NCBI GenBank assembly: GCA_051294375.1
Contig: CM119268.1
Location: forward strand, 8,976,733-9,040,732
DNA: 64,000 nucleotides
DNA from: Paraspadella gotoi
Taxonomy: Eukaryota > Animalia > Chaetognatha
Reading direction: 5' to 3'
Shown: positions 22,890 to 37,110 of the stretch, in pieces
Numbering within the stretch: position 1 is the stretch's first letter
Layout: each line of letters begins with the position of its first letter
Position numbers and translations under genes: made by a program
The notes under the pieces: generated by a model
The model's database searches: none
Told to the model about the DNA's origin: nothing
What the model saw: only the letters and a program-made list of their open reading frames with translations

Positions 22890-23699
22890 CTTTTTTGAAC
22901 GGAGAGAATGGAATATTTGCGGAATTGTAATAAGATATTGTACAAACATGTTGAATTGTACAATATATATATCATGATTAAGACAATTTGGCCGTCATGA
23001 TGCGGTTACTGTCTCGTATAGTCGCTGTCAGTTTCAGAAGGCGGTTTTAATCGTTTTACCACAACGTTTTACGTATCAGACCTAGCCAGGTCATAGCCTT
23101 AGATTAAGACTGAACCAGGGCATCGATTTTTTGATACGTCTCTTTTGCATTAAAAAAAAATCTAAAAAAAAAAACTAGAAGACATTCGAGAAAAAAAGGG
23201 CAAAACCGGAAAAAAAACCAACAAAAGAAATGGGAGAAAAAAAAGATTTGAAGAAAAACGAATAAAATGTTGATCTTCACGCCTCGCTGACAAAATAGCA
23301 TTGTTCGTGAGTCCGTGAGCCTGTGTTCTGCACAAAACCGACGCAGATAGAGTGCTGGTAAAAAACGTTTGAAGTGTTAGAAATGATATAAAAGGGTGTT
23401 TTTGGAGTCTGATAAAGGGTTTAAAAATGTTGAAGTGAAATAGGATTTAGGAATGAACCAAAGAGAAGAGCGAGATATTTCGTAGTGGAAAAATACAGGT
23501 ATTTTTTCTCAGAAGTCACCGATTTCTCTTTATATATTTCAACATTTTTGTCAACCTCCCTGCTTTCCATGCTCCTCCTCCTTTGACAAACCCTGACGGT
23601 CTGACATTCCTAATAATTCTGCCTTCTCGCTCTCTCTCTCTCTCTCTTCTCGCTCTCTCATCTCTCTCTCTCTCTCATCTCTCTCTCTTCTCTCTCCCT

Positions 23700-26600
23700 C
23701 TGATCTGACGAACGAATGAAACGGACGCAAGCTCCGATCTCTCTGATTTTTTTCCTCAAATTTTTGGACCTTTATGAAAAATCAGGAAGAAAAAATCAAC
23801 TCTTCGACCATAAAAATCCACGTCTCTGTTCCTGAAACAACATCTATCTAACTCTCTAAAACACTTCCCTTAAATCGCCTATATAATAAACAAATCGCTC
23901 TTCCCACATGGTTGAACAAAAAATACCTACATGTAAAGCCTGCCGGAAAAAACAATCTCACTGACTGGCCCGAGAAACTTAAGCCAATTAAAAAAACCTA
24001 AATTGGTCTCCAAAAACAAAGGACTTCTGGCTCACAAGGCCGAGAAACACACTGAAAAACATAAAAATTCTAAGATGCACCTGATCTAAATACAGAAGAT
24101 GAAAATTATTCATGACTGTGAAATAATACCCGGCCCTACCACGAATCTCGTCCTAATCTTAAAAATTCAGAAGCAACTTCCCGCGTAGGAAGAAAAAACA
24201 GCCTTTTGCCTACGCCCTTTTTGAGGCAATTCCTGGCATTACTGAAATTGACGAAAATGGTTTTTTGCAAAAAAAATCAAGTCTCCAAAGAAAAGGATAA
24301 CACAATCTACTAACAGAGGCAAAATCACCCATGACTTTCGCAAAACTGTCGTCGTCTCAACCACTTCCAGACGAGATTAGAAAATACCCGTCCCGCTGTG
24401 CTAGCTTAGGTCGACGAAGCCCTGTTTCACGGCTCTGCCTCTTTTGCATGAGATTAAACATCAAACGCGGGGATCTGCATCTACTTTGCAAAAACCAGAT
24501 AAAGATTTTCCAACTCTCTGTTTAAAACACTACAATTGGCATCACAACAAATATTTTTCACTCCTAAGCTCGCAACCACAGAACATACGTCCCCTCCCAC
24601 TTCAATTTTAATCAAAGGCTGTTGAACCAGATTACTCTGCAAGAAGACATCCGAGTCTGCATGATTAACAAGGTTATACTCCAAGTTTATCAGAAGGCAT
24701 ACATCCAGCCCGTTTTCCGATCTGGCAAACCAAGTGGAATTGTAAAAGTGGACTTATATCCTTGAAACAGCAACAAGAAATTCTAGAGACAAAATCACAT
24801 GTGTTACAAAAGTCCACCAGTGACGATGTACTTTACAGAAAAAGATCCTTCAATGTTATAATGTGCCAGAAATATGCGTCATAGGCTCAAAAAATGCCCT
24901 CATGAAATTTCAAATATGTTACGTTGCGCTAGTGAGCACTCGCACAATAACCTGTGACAAAAGACTATTGAAGATACCCATTGTAACTTTAGTTGGGACC
25001 GCCATGCTGCCCAATTTCAAAAATCTTTGCCCACTCCTTTTGAGAAGCCCCGTCGTCAGCAAAGTACTATCTATCTAATACTCACATGCCCCGAGTTCAG
25101 CCAGAAGTCTTCCCTATTCCAGCTTGTTGTACAAAATAATGTTGCCGAAAACACTGAACAAAAGACTTCACATTAATGACATCCAAGACATCTGGTCCAC
25201 TTGCGTATCCTTTAGTCCATTAATGATATGGGAGTGGGAGAGCAAGTTATACTAAAAGAAAATATTTTGCTTCAGTAAAAAGGTCAATAGCATAAATTAA
25301 AGAAAATCGATCAGCATACTGAAAAACTTTAAGCAAAGGAGAATTAGCAAAATGCTGTGACTTCTTCGCAACCAATTCCAAAAGCAAAACGAATTCTCTA
25401 AATTAACGACAAATTCTCAACAATACTGCACGATAACGTTATGAAAAATTCTACTGTGCCACCAAGAGGTTATAGTATGATGGGCCATTGGATGGAGTAT
25501 TACTCAATCACAAAACTAATCCTTCAATGCCAAAAAGAAAAAGATGCCGTCTTCTAAGTTCAGAAAATGATAAGAAGGTTACAGCTAATGCCCCACGAAC
25601 AGGAACAGGTCGACCACCATAAGCATGATACAAGCCTACGTCAAATTTACCACTTGCAATTTTAACATCTTAAATACAAAATGAGACCAATCACTACTTA
25701 TCGAGCTCCTACAATTTTATTGGAAAAATCTTAAAAGAGTATATTGATTTATTTTCTTGCTATGCAATGATAAAATGTTGTTTTCAAAAGCCTTTTTGCA
25801 TTAAAAAACTACTAACATTTTCATTTAAATCATCTCTTATCGTTCTGCAGGCGTGTGTATATAATCGCCTCTCCAGACCATCTCCCTGTTGCAGGAAATA
25901 AAATTTCCAAACCAACAAATGAAAGCTTAATATTGAAATATTATTGAAAGATAAAGAAAAAGTTAATACTTGGCACTCTATATAATCATTCCTAATGAAA
26001 ACTTAAATGAAGCTTCTTTATAACTTTATAAACTTATTCTGAATTAAAACGGAAAATGTTGTTCACCTGTAGCACATTTCATACGTGATCTCAATTCATC
26101 CCATACAGAGCTTAGGAGGCAGATTTGATTTTACCAGGGAGAACAACCTAAACCATTTTTATCCAAATTTTTGTCTAACCTGCTTAAATAAACAACTTTC
26201 CAACCTACATATATAGTGTCTGGGGGCGACGGCGGCGGCGGCGTTACGGTAACAAACGTTTTAGAATATAGCTCTCACTTTAAATAAGGTTTTAGACAAA
26301 TCTCTTGTGCACTGTTCTTGAAGATGTTGCGGTAGCGACCATTACCTATATTGATCACCACACAAGTTCCCACACCAATAAAGGTTAACATATATTTATG
26401 TAAATAAAACAACAAACTTGGTCAGATTCCGAAAAAACAGCTTGATAACAACTAATAAACTTTCAACAGAAATCTCTCTACAAAAGATCAATTGGATTAA
26501 CCCATACGGAACTTACCCATATCTAAATAATGCATACCAAACATAATCAAAACAAAAACAGTAAAGTCTATAATAATATCGTCACAACACCAGATTTAAA

Positions 26601-28978
26601 AATTTAATCAAAAGACAAAGTTACCTTGGAAGAAAATTTTGAGATCCCAACTAAACCTCGTTTTTTTCCAAATCCACTCTTTGGAAAGGAGAACTTCAAT
26701 TTTCTATAGTGTCGTAAATTCGATATATAAATTAAACGACCTTTTAAGGTGGATCACTACCTAAAAAAAAAGCAAAATGGATCCTTACGCAAGAGATTGC
26801 GACAAAAAAGCTGGAAACTTATTAATGAAATAAACCAACCTCAAAGAAAGATCTCCACCTGAAGCTATGCTTAAAAGGCCTGGGACGCGTACTTCAAGCA
26901 GTAGAACAAGGGCAATTTGGAAAATTTCTATTGCTTGCCGAAAATTTTTGAAATCCATAATGCGCAAAACTCCATCCCTCCAGTGAAAGACGAGTGTCCG
27001 CGGGTCTTAAATGTGGAAGAGATAAAACACGTGAATGATCAAACTATTCTCTTCCAACCGGGTTAGAAGAAATGTTTTTGATGAGCCAGAATTTGAGATG
27101 ACTTTATTAAAGACACATTAAAGCCCACTAAAATATTTCAGAGACTATTAAAAATCTTGAAAACAAGGAATCGGCACACGGACATATGGAATTACTCACA
27201 ACATGTTAAAAATTTTTCCTTCAATACAATTAAAATCCTTTTCATCCATATTGTGTGCTCTTGCCTTCAAGTGGCTACTCCCCGATACTTGGAAAGTGCC
27301 AATATCCGCTGTAATTCCTAGCAGGGCCGTAAAAGATTTCAACCAATCCTACGCCAAATTACAGACCAATTACTGCCGCCTTTCTGTGCCCCGGCGTAAG
27401 CTCGTTGAAAGACTTTCTTACCAGGTTAATTATGATGCTTAACATAAAACAAAGACGCGAAGTTACAATCAGCGTTTTTAAAAAAGGAAATCCTCGCACT
27501 GAAAACATACTTTCGTCTCGCTTGAATGAGTGCGCATTATTGGTTTCAAAAATTAGATGGAACAATCCTTGTTACACGCTAGACTATGCAACTTTTTGAC
27601 AACATTTGGCATACAAGTTCATATTACAAATTAATCAATAATTAAACTACCATATGGCCATGGTTAAAAATATTTGCTCAATTTTGACAAATAGAAATAT
27701 TTCGTGTTGTTTTCACGAGGAGGAAAGTTTCTGATTTGATTGCACATTTCTGTTGTTGCTCACCAACAAGGACAGTCCTAAGTCCAAAACTATTTGCGCG
27801 CTTTCTATATAGAGGGCTCTCGCCTATCATAAACCACTTGCTATACAAAATGATGTATTCATGGCCCACCAACCACTAACAATCACCTAAGACACAAGGT
27901 CATTAGCATAATGCCCCCACAATATCGCGCATAGACCTCTTCTGCCTGGGTCATGTCTCGACGAACTTAGATGCCAGCGTGCTACGATCTCTACAAGCAC
28001 CCTTCATCGCTCTTGGAAGAATGGCATGCCAACACGTGGTTTTTTAGCGACTATGCCCAGCAAAATACTAATGTATCCCTTATTACAAGATGTCCTTCTT
28101 TTAAAAAACTATGATGTTAAAACTTTTTTTTATTCATGAGGAGAATCCCTGTTTGTGGACACAGTAATTATCATTTCTAGCGTGTACAATTGACCCAGAA
28201 ACTTACATGGACACCCATATTAATACTCTATTTTTTAAAGCAAAGTCTCGAAAATAATTAGCAATTATATTAGAATTCTCGTTATATACAGGAGATAAAT
28301 TTAAATTAGTTTCATCAAACTATTTCATCACTAGTCGAAGTTCATTGTTTTTATATTCATCAACCATGTTTTATCTGCGGTTCTTATACTGGGAATTGAT
28401 AAATTTGAAAATTACAAATCTCACGGGAGCACCAATTTGAACAATAAGCAATGCGAGTCTCTTTTGAGTCAAACCGTAAGACGAACGTACTATGGCCGGT
28501 CCACGACAGCCAGGAGTTTTCTTCATGGCGTGGCCATCCCTTATCCGCGGTATTCCAACTCCCCCCTAACAGCTGGTGCTCAACCACTCAAACTCGATGT
28601 AAACAGAACCCGCTCATCAGGATCATTCATCAACGAAATATTTTGGGCCTTCGGATGTTGATCAAGGGCAAGCATGAAAACTCATCCCCACTCTACTGGG
28701 AATACGTTAAAAAAAAATATATCTCGAATGACAATTAAAACCGAATTATTATATAAAAAAAGAAACTCAAAAAAACCTGCAATTATTTGATGAGTAATTA
28801 TATTTCGCAACTAAGTAAAACCATTGCGATTTAGATGTTTTACTTTTTCTGTTTGTCTACCCCACCTCCAGATTGCTATTCCCCACCCCCAAATAGATTA
28901 GGAAAAACGGCGCTTACTTTCTGTTGGGTTGGAATATCGGGGCTTTGTTTATCCTATCCAACACAAAAGAAAAAAAAA
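23700..28978 (+). mobile_element. Degenerate near-full-length non-LTR retrotransposon (Jockey/I-like LINE)
   Basis: Motifs read across frameshifts. ORF1: triple zinc knuckle (QCYNCQKYxH...CxRCA.EH...HAANF..CP, about 24850-25032). APE endonuclease: DLNSSH (about 26088), PTYI (about 26200), GSDH (about 26331). RT: W.V...VIP (about 27290), NYRPI (about 27357), Q..FKKG (about 27467), FDNIWH (about 27595), PQGTVLSP.LF-like (about 27762), degenerate YADD (about 27843). A 3' TGTTGG/CCAACA hairpin is followed by an A-tail at 28965-28978. The 5' boundary is approximate. Confidence 0.85.
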
Positions 28979-29433
28979 TGTCTGCTTAATATTGATTGAG
29001 TTAGGAAAAAGAAGGCCCATGCTATTGTCCACTTTAAGAGAATATTAGGAAAAAATTGAAAATTCAGTTTTCATACCATGAAACCTCCAAAAAAAAACTA
29101 TTAAATACTTTACAAAACAGAAGATAAGGTTAGCTTTTTTAGGCTGTGTTGTAAAACAAGCTTTTAACCCCAAGCCCTTAAACAGGCTCGGCCACTTATT
29201 TTGTTTTTTCAATTCAAAAATTCAATTCTCTCTTTCTCTCTCTCTCTCCTCTTTCGTTCTACCCCTTTCACATTTTCGGGGAGAGCCATTATCCTCGGTC
29301 TCCCTTCCTCTCTTCTCTCATTCTCACGAATCGGACTTTGATGGATTAGCTGACTCCGCCCTCCTCCGCCAAAGTAGCAAATCCCCTCCTTCCCACCTCC
29401 CCCCCCAAAATTTCATCCTCCCCCCCCCTTTAC

Positions 29434-29626
29434 CAAGTTTCTTGTCTCTCGTAATCGTCGTCCCTGATTGAGTAGCGATCCGATCTTCGGGTTTGTGGTG
29501 AGCCAAACCCAGACACCGAAAATCCTCCACGTGGTTGCTTAGCAAAGCGTCGCAATACGGCGCCTCTTCCACGTCCGCGTGCGAATCCGCGCTCGTGACG
29601 GAAACTGGGCGATGGGAAAGATGGCG
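29434..29626 (-). CDS. Candidate internal exon, product unknown
   Basis: GC-rich island bounded by an ACCAG acceptor and a TTG|GTAAAG donor on the minus strand; two frames are open; no recognised motif. Confidence 0.3.
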
Positions 29627-30653
29627 CTGGTTTTAAGTAGTTCATACTCAGGTTTGATTCAAGTTGAGAAAGTTTGTGGGTATGTATGTAAGCGGTGGGA
29701 GTTTAATAATAATAAACTTGGGGAACAGAAACGAGAAGANNNNNNNNNNNNNNNNNNNNNNNNNNNNNNNNNNNNNNNNNNNNNNNNNNNNNNNNNNNNN
29801 NNNNNNNNNNNNNNNNNNNNNNNNNNNNNNNNNNNNNNNNNNNNNNNNNNNNNNNNNNNNNNNNNNNNNNNNNNNNNNNNNNNNNNNNNNNNNNNNNNNN
29901 NNNNNNNNNNNNNNNNNNNNNNNNNNNNNNNNNNNNNNNNNNNNNGACTCAGAGAGAATGCCAAAAAAATGAGAGTGAGGGAGAGAGAGAGCGAGGCCTC
30001 GAAAAGAAAATGACCAGAAACCGGTGTGACGTATGAGAGAGAAACGGACCCGGACTTTGGTTCGATTGGTTCGCGTTGGTGTCGCCTCTGACCTGAAAAA
30101 AAAATGGGGTCAAAGTTGACAACTTCGGAGTTGGACGAAGGGAAAGGCGAGGAAGAAAAAAAAAGGAGGCAGCGAAGCCGAGAATTTCCATCAACGCTTC
30201 CAAACTTCTTCCCGCGCTTTTCCCCCGAATCCCCGAATCCTCAAATCTACGGTTTCGGTCAAGATTTGGTATGGACGCCGCCCACGCCACTCATGCCGCC
30301 GCCGCGCCGCCGCCGCCGCCGCCGCGTAAACGGAATCAAGACTCGGATATCAACAAAAGGAAATGCTATGAAAGGTTGACGAGAACCAGCACGACGACAG
30401 AAGCCATCGTTGCCAACTAAGACGGACCGGCATTACAGACTGGAATCTCGTACGATGTTTGACTTCGATTGTTGCCTTCATCGTTGTCCTTTTCCAAGTT
30501 TTTAAGATTACAAAATATGTCGTTGTTGATGACAAATATATAAACACTGACAGGAGGAATAGTTTTAACGCGTCGTTTTTTCATCGCGAGACAAACCGAC
30601 GACCACGCCCACCTGCGTCGACGAAACGTTGCCGTCTTTGATCCGCGCTGCGT

Positions 30654-30688
30654 CGTCGGCGTCGGCGTCGGCGTCAGCGTCAGCGTCA

Positions 30689-30718
<30 letters not shown>
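30654..30718. repeat. (GCGTCG/GCGTCA)n hexamer repeat
   Basis: About ten tandem units visible. Confidence 0.9.
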
Positions 30719-30720
<2 letters not shown>

Positions 30721-31099
30721 TCCGACGCAGCAGCGCAGTAACTGAAGCCTCGGTGTCGACGATTCCGACGCAATGCCGCCACGCCCATCGTCGCTACCGG
30801 CGTCGTTCCGCGCCATTCTTCGGGATTGAAAACAGAAGCGACGGAAAATAATTTTCNNNNNNNNNNNNNNNNNNNNNNNNNNNNNNNNNNNNNNNNNNNN
30901 NNNNNNNNNNNNNNNNNNNNNNNNNNNNNNNNNNNNNNNNNNNNNNNNNNNNNNNNNNNNNNNNNNNNNNNNNNNNNNNNNNNNNNNNNNNNNNNNNNNN
31001 NNNNNNNNNNNNNNNNNNNNNNNNNNNNNNNNNNNNNNNNNNNNNNNNNNNNNNNNNNNNNNNNNNNNNNNNNNNNNNNNNNNNNNNNNNNNNNNNNNN

Positions 31100-31135
<36 letters not shown>

Positions 31136-32071
31136 ACCGTTAATAAATAGAACCTGACGTAAACAACAGCCCTCCATTTTCTATTTCTTTTTTCATTGTG
31201 TTTCAGCTGAATCTGTATTTTATTTAATTTTTCAAAATAGTTTTTATTCATCCTATTCCTGGGATTATATTCATTGAATATGTACTAGAAAATGCTGAAA
31301 CTTAATTTTCAAGAAGAAACGTTAGAAAAAGTTTCTCGNNNNNNNNNNNNNNNNNNNNNNNNNNNNNNNNNNNNNNNNNNNNNNNNNNNNNNNNNNNNNN
31401 NNNNNNNNNNNNNNNNNNNNNNNNNNNNNNNNNNNNNNNNNNNNNNNNNNNNNNNNNNNNNNNNNNNNNNNNNNNNNNNNNNNNNNNNNNNNNNNNNNNN
31501 NNTCAATAATATCTCACGTGATTGTAAATCACAACTTGTCAATTCACAACTTCAATCGCCGANNNNNNNNNNAATCACAACTTGTCAAGTCACAACTTCA
31601 ATCGGCGATCGTCGGCGAATTCACTAAAACTGCCTTCACATTGTCTTTCCCGTCTCTGTCTCCTTTCGCCGCATCCGCCGCCGCCGCTGCCGCCGCCGCC
31701 TCCGCCGCCGCCGCCGCCAGCTTCCGCCACCACGCGCGAGAAAAAGGCGTGAGTTATGAGAAAATTCCGCGGGTAAACATCTGGAAAAAAAAAATGGGAG
31801 AATATTTCAGATTGTATTGGATTTGCAAGGGTTTTTTTTTTCTATCTTAGCTGCGGCCGCCTCGGCAGGTTGTTTATTGGGGTTCAGATGTCAAACTGGA
31901 GATTTTGAGGGAAGGGGGCAGAGGAAAGTGCGGGCCGGAAAAGTGGGTCATCTCACCTCATATCACCTCAAAGTCAGTAAGAGTAAAGTTGTATTGTTTT
32001 GGAAAAGGGAGATGCTTAAAATTTCGTGAGGTTATTATATGACAAAGGACTGGGGAAAAAAAGAAGATAAG

Positions 32072-32160
32072 AAAGAAGGAAGGAAGGAAGGAAGGAGAAA
32101 AGGAAGGAAGGAAGGAGGGAAGGAAGGAAGGAAGGAAGGAAGGAAGGAAAGTAGGAAGGA
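32072..32160 (+). repeat. (GGAA)n microsatellite
   Basis: Imperfect GGAA run. Confidence 0.9.
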
Positions 32161-34262
32161 TAAAAAGAAAGTTGGAAAGAGAAAAGGAAGAAAGAAAGAA
32201 CCAAGAGTGGTTGATCTGTGACGAGTTAAGTCCGTTTAAATATCTATAATCTATTTCTCAGTCGCTTTTCTACGAATATCGTTGATTCCGATTGAGAAAA
32301 AAAAAGGCAGAGACGTTCAAGACGTTTTAATCTGTCGCTGGAGCGATGACAAATCCGTAAATCTTGACGANNNNNNNNNNNNNNNNNNNNNNNNNNNNNN
32401 NNNNNNNNNNNNNNNNNNNNNNNNNNNNNNNNNNNNNNNNNNNNNNNNNNNNNNNNNNNNNNNNNNNNNNNNNNNNNNNNNNNNNNNNNNNNNNNNNNNN
32501 NNNNNNNNNNNNNNNNNNNNNNNNNNNNNNNNNNNNNNNNNNNNNNNNNNNNNNNNNNNNNNNNNNNNNNNNNNNNNNNNNNNNNNNNNNNNNNNNNNNN
32601 NNNNNNNNNNNNNNNNNNNNNNNNNNNNNNNNNNNNNNNNNNNNNNNNNNNNNNNNNNNNNNNNNNNNNNNNNNNNNNNNNNNNNNNNNNGAGAGAGAGA
32701 GAGAGAGATTGAGTTTTGTATTTATTTGGACCCCAAAATTAACTTCTTTAGAATTAGATCACGATTTGATGACGTTCTCTTTAATTTTTTTTTAGTGCGT
32801 GGTTTGTTTACAAATTACGAATACGATTTTTAATCATGTTTATTAAATTTGTAAAAATTTTTGTATTCAAAGAAATTGCGTATATATACCGTTATTGCGT
32901 CTTAGCGACTTTACTATTGTCAGCCCTCGACTCTGCTTTACCGCTCCCTTCTCTCATTTTCTTTTATAAACTTCCCANNNNNNNNNNNNNNNNNNNNNNN
33001 NNNNNNNNNNNNNNNNNNNNNNNNNNNNNNNNNNNNNNNNNNNNNNNNNNNNNNNNNNNNNNNNNNNNNNNNNNNNNNNNNNNNNNNNNNNNNNNNNNNN
33101 NNNNNNNNNNNNNNNNNNNNNNNNNNNNNNNNNNNNNNNNNNNNNNNNNNNNNNNNNNNNNNNNNNNNNNNNNNNNNNNNNNNNNNNNNNNNNNNNNNNN
33201 NNNNNNNNNNNNNNNNNNNNNNNNNNNNNNNNNNNNNNNNNNNNNNNNNNNNNNNNNNNNNNNNNNNNNNNNNNNNNNNNNNNNNNNNNNNNNNNNNNNN
33301 NNNNNNNNNNNNNNNNNNNNNNNNNNNNNNNNNNNNNNNNNNNNNNNNNNNNNNNNNNNNNNNNNNNNNNNNNNNNNNNNNNNNNNNNNNNNNNNNNNNN
33401 NNNNNNNNNNNNNNNNNNNNNNNNNNNNNNNNNNNNNNNNNNNNNNNNNNNNNNNNNNNNNNNNNNNNNNNNNNNNNNNNNNNNNNNNNNNNNNNNNNNN
33501 NNNNNNNNNNNNNNNNNNNNNNNNNNNNNNNNNNNNNNNNNNNNNNNNNNNNNNNNNNNNNNNNNNNNNNNNNNNNNNNNNNNNNNNNNNNNNNNNNNNN
33601 NNNNNNNNNNNNNNNNNNNNNNNNNNNNNNNNNNNNNNNNNNNNNNNNNNNNNNNNNNNNNNNNNNNNNNNNNNNNNNNNNNNNNNNNNNNNNNNNNNNN
33701 NNNNNNNNNNNNNNNNNNNNNNNNNNNNNNNNNNNNNNNNNNNNNNNNNNNNNNNNNNNNNNNNNNNNNNNNNNNNNNNNNNNNNNNNNNNNNNNNNNNN
33801 NNNNNNNNNNNNNNNNNNNNNNNNNNNNNNNNNNNNNNNNNNNNNNNNNNNNNNNNNNNGGGGCAGACGCGCCATCGTCGAAGTGATGACGATGGCGGCG
33901 AAGGACTAGATCTCTTTGTGCATTTGTTGCCGTTTACTTCGAGTCTAGATCGTGGCGGCGCTGCTCGTGACGTCGTTGTTGTTGTCGTTATTGATATTGT
34001 CATTGTTGTCATTTCTGACATCTTCGACGTCGTCGTCGTCGTCGTCGTCGTAACCTTCAGGTCGTTAACTTTTCATCTGTTTTGTTCTTGCTGAAGTTGA
34101 TTCTTTTCTTTCTATTGTTGTTCTTGATGGTGAAAAAAAAACTTATCGCTCTAGTTATTGATGTTGTTGTTGTTGTTNNNNNNNNNNTTGTTATTGATGT
34201 TGTTGTTGTTGTTGTCTATGAAATCGAGAGGACGACGTTTTTACGAGCGAAAATCGTCTCGA

Positions 34263-34295
<33 letters not shown>

Positions 34296-36645
34296 GTTTC
34301 CATCATGGCCTCCATGAATAATGACGCAGTGATGGCGGGGAAGAGGAAAGACTCTCTGGAGAGGGAATGACAAGGAAATCAGTTTTACGCTAAAAAGGAA
34401 ACTGAGAGGAAAAAAAAAAGCTGAATGACTCGGAAAAGTGGGAATAGCTGAAAAAAAAATCTGGATTAGTTTTAAAAAAAGTTAAAAAAAGAAAGTGACA
34501 AGATAAGCTAGAAGGACCAAAAGGGAAATGACCCCAAAAAAAATATATTTCTCACTTCTGTATATAGAGTAAAGGAAAGTAAAAGTTGGATGACGTAAAA
34601 AATAAAATTACAAATCCAGCTGACTGACTTACTTTGAAGAGGATGTTGCAATAAAAGCAAATTAAACGAGCGGGGGAAAAAGAAAAAAAGACAATAAACC
34701 CCAACATAACAAATCAAAACTGTCAATAAAAAAGTAGGATTACACAGTAATACACACCACCCCCTCCAACCCGCCCCCCCAAAAAAGGAAATGAGTCTCG
34801 GGTGAGTGAAGTCTGAACCAAACAGCGAAGAAATGAATCGTGCGACGTCGAAGACTCGAAGAGACGAGAGGAAGGTCAACGATGTTGGATGATCTCAGTG
34901 GGCGGAATCGTTATTCGCCAGAGTGGTTGACGATTGGGGGTGGCGTAGTGATGCGGGGGTGGGTGAAGAGTGGAAAAAGGGTGGAGGGCAAGGCGACAGC
35001 TGCGAGCAGTGAGACTGTTTCCCTCCCCCATTTGCACGACGAAATCCTTTCAAGTCGAAAGGGGTATGAAATGGAAGGCGAAGAAATTCGTCTCAAATAC
35101 TTACAATAAAATATGTAACATATGCTGATGAAAACAATGCATGATACTTTTTATGATATATGAAGACTTTGATAATGAGATTGAGAGTGAGGGAGTCGGC
35201 TAGGCTATGATTAATATCATTCAATGCTGCCGCCAATGAGCATGGAAATATGAGGCGCGAATGAAATCAAGACGGAAAGAAGAAAAATGTAGGTTATTTT
35301 TTGAGAATAGTTTTAGGCTCGGATGGAGAGAGNNNNNNNNNNNNNNNNNNNNNNNNNNNNNNNNNNNNNNNNNNNNNNNNNNNNNNNNNNNNNNNNNNNN
35401 NNNNNNNNNNNNNNNNNNNNNNNNNNNNNNNNNNNNNNNNNNNNNNNNNNNNNNNNNNNNNNNNNNNNNNNNNNNNNNNNNNNNNNNNNNNNNNNNNNNN
35501 NNNNNNNNNNNNNNNNNNNNNNNNNNNNNNNNNNNNNNNNNNNNAAGAAAGAAAGAAAGAAAAATAGAAAGAAAGAAAGAAAGACAGAGAGAGAAAGAGA
35601 GAGAGAGCGAGAATCGTTGGAAGGTGGGCCATGGGCGGAAATGNNNNNNNNNNNNNNNNNNNNNNNNNNNNNNNNNNNNNNNNNNNNNNNNNNNNNNNNN
35701 NNNNNNNNNNNNNNNNNNNNNNNNNNNNNNNNNNNNNNNNNNNNNNNNNNNNNNNNNNNNNNNNNNNNNNNNNNNNNNNNNNNNNNNNNNNNNNNNNNNN
35801 NNNNNNNNNNNNNNNNNNNNNNNNNNNNNNNNNNNNNNNNNNNNNNNNNNNNNNNNNNNNNNCTCTCTTTTTTTCTCTAGCTATAATTCTTCCTCTTTCT
35901 GTTTTTATTGTCTCTACCGCTCTCTCTCTTTCCTCTCTCTCTCTCTCACCGGCGCCAAAGCAGACAGGGTTAATTTCCTGAATGAAACTTTGAAGCTTAT
36001 TTAAATATTTTCAAATCCTTTGGCGCGGACGTTGAGACGAGTTCGCAGCGCCACCGATGCAACCCTGGAGGGTTCTTTGATGTCTGAGCCTCTTTTGAAA
36101 AAGAGAGACCGTCTGAAAAGTGAAACGAAAAGACTGAAGAATGGAACTCTTGGAAGAAGGAAGTAGTACAATTTGGGGCGCGAGTTAATTTATACATGGC
36201 CGCTCTCCTTTCTCTCTCTCTTTCTCCTTTTCTCTCTGTTTTTACTCTTTTAATTCTTTCGGTAATATCTGACCGTTAAGAAAGTAAACTTATTTACAAT
36301 TTTACCGCAAGGTGTGAGTGAATCAGTGGATTTCTCGTCCTCTTATTGCGAACTTTTTTAATCGGATAATATATCTTTCTTTTTCATTGTTTGTGAATGT
36401 GAATCAGTCATAGTTAAGTAAGTAAAAAATAATATTAATATCCCCCCAAAGAATTCCACCTTGTTTGACTGGCGATATTTAAGACAATTTAATACTGCAA
36501 TATTTAAATATTAATTAAACGAAAGGATATTTTTTTTAAATTTTTGCTGTTTAAGCCAATGATATATATTGATCTTTAAAATACACGAACGACCCATTCC
36601 AGCCTCAATCTCTTCCCCCTTCCCCCCCCCCACCCTTCCTCCAAG

Positions 36646-36821
36646 ATACAACATCTCCTGCGACATCGTCTCCAACCCGCGCGTCGACGCCAAGAACATC
36701 AGCGTCGACGTCTCCAGCAATTTCGTGGAGAACGGACTCAAGATCACCTCCAAGGAAATTCTCCCGATTCTTCACGGAGTCAGAGTGACGATCCAAGTGT
36801 TGAGGGCGTCCCTGCCGGCGG
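36646..36821 (+). CDS. Ig-like exon of a diverged paralogue
   Basis: CCAAG|A acceptor and G|GTGAG donor. YNISCDIVSNPRVDAKNISVDVSSNFVENGLKITSKEILPILHGVRVTIQVLRASLPA aligns by eye with YTVVCEVMSNPPIPPKNITW of exon B. Confidence 0.8.
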
Positions 36822-37110
36822 GTGAGAGAGATCGGGGGGGGGGTCGAGAGATAGAGGGATAAAGTCAGAGGATGAACGATTTTCATTTACCATTTTTTCC
36901 CATCAAGAATATTGACTATTGATAATTTATTTATTATTTGATATCTAAGAAGCTCGATTGATTAAACAATTGCTCGCTGGTTCGCTCAAGAATTTATTTG
37001 CCTTTTTTTTTCATTCATTAATCGATTTCTTGATTCGTGGATTCCTTTGGTCGCTAGCATAATTAATTGATTAATAGATTTATTCATTCGTTGAGACGAT
37101 TCTTCGTTGA

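Noticed and set aside
28600-28625. CTGATGA hammerhead-like core (also near 22680, 35125, 47902 and 60580)
   Set aside because: No stem II followed by GAAA or closing helices found.
30366-30445. Minus-strand ...IPVCNAGPS*LATMASVVVLVLVNLS* resembling a GPI signal after a stop
   Set aside because: Needs readthrough or a base error, and no upstream Cys-rich domain or convincing exon structure is visible.
31533-31610. Direct repeats across short N runs (also 34154-34215)
   Set aside because: Typical unmerged contig overlaps.
33860-34370. GC-rich segments with (GAC)n/(GTT)n runs that could encode Asp/Asn-rich peptides
   Set aside because: No consistent frame with splice sites; low complexity and next to gaps.
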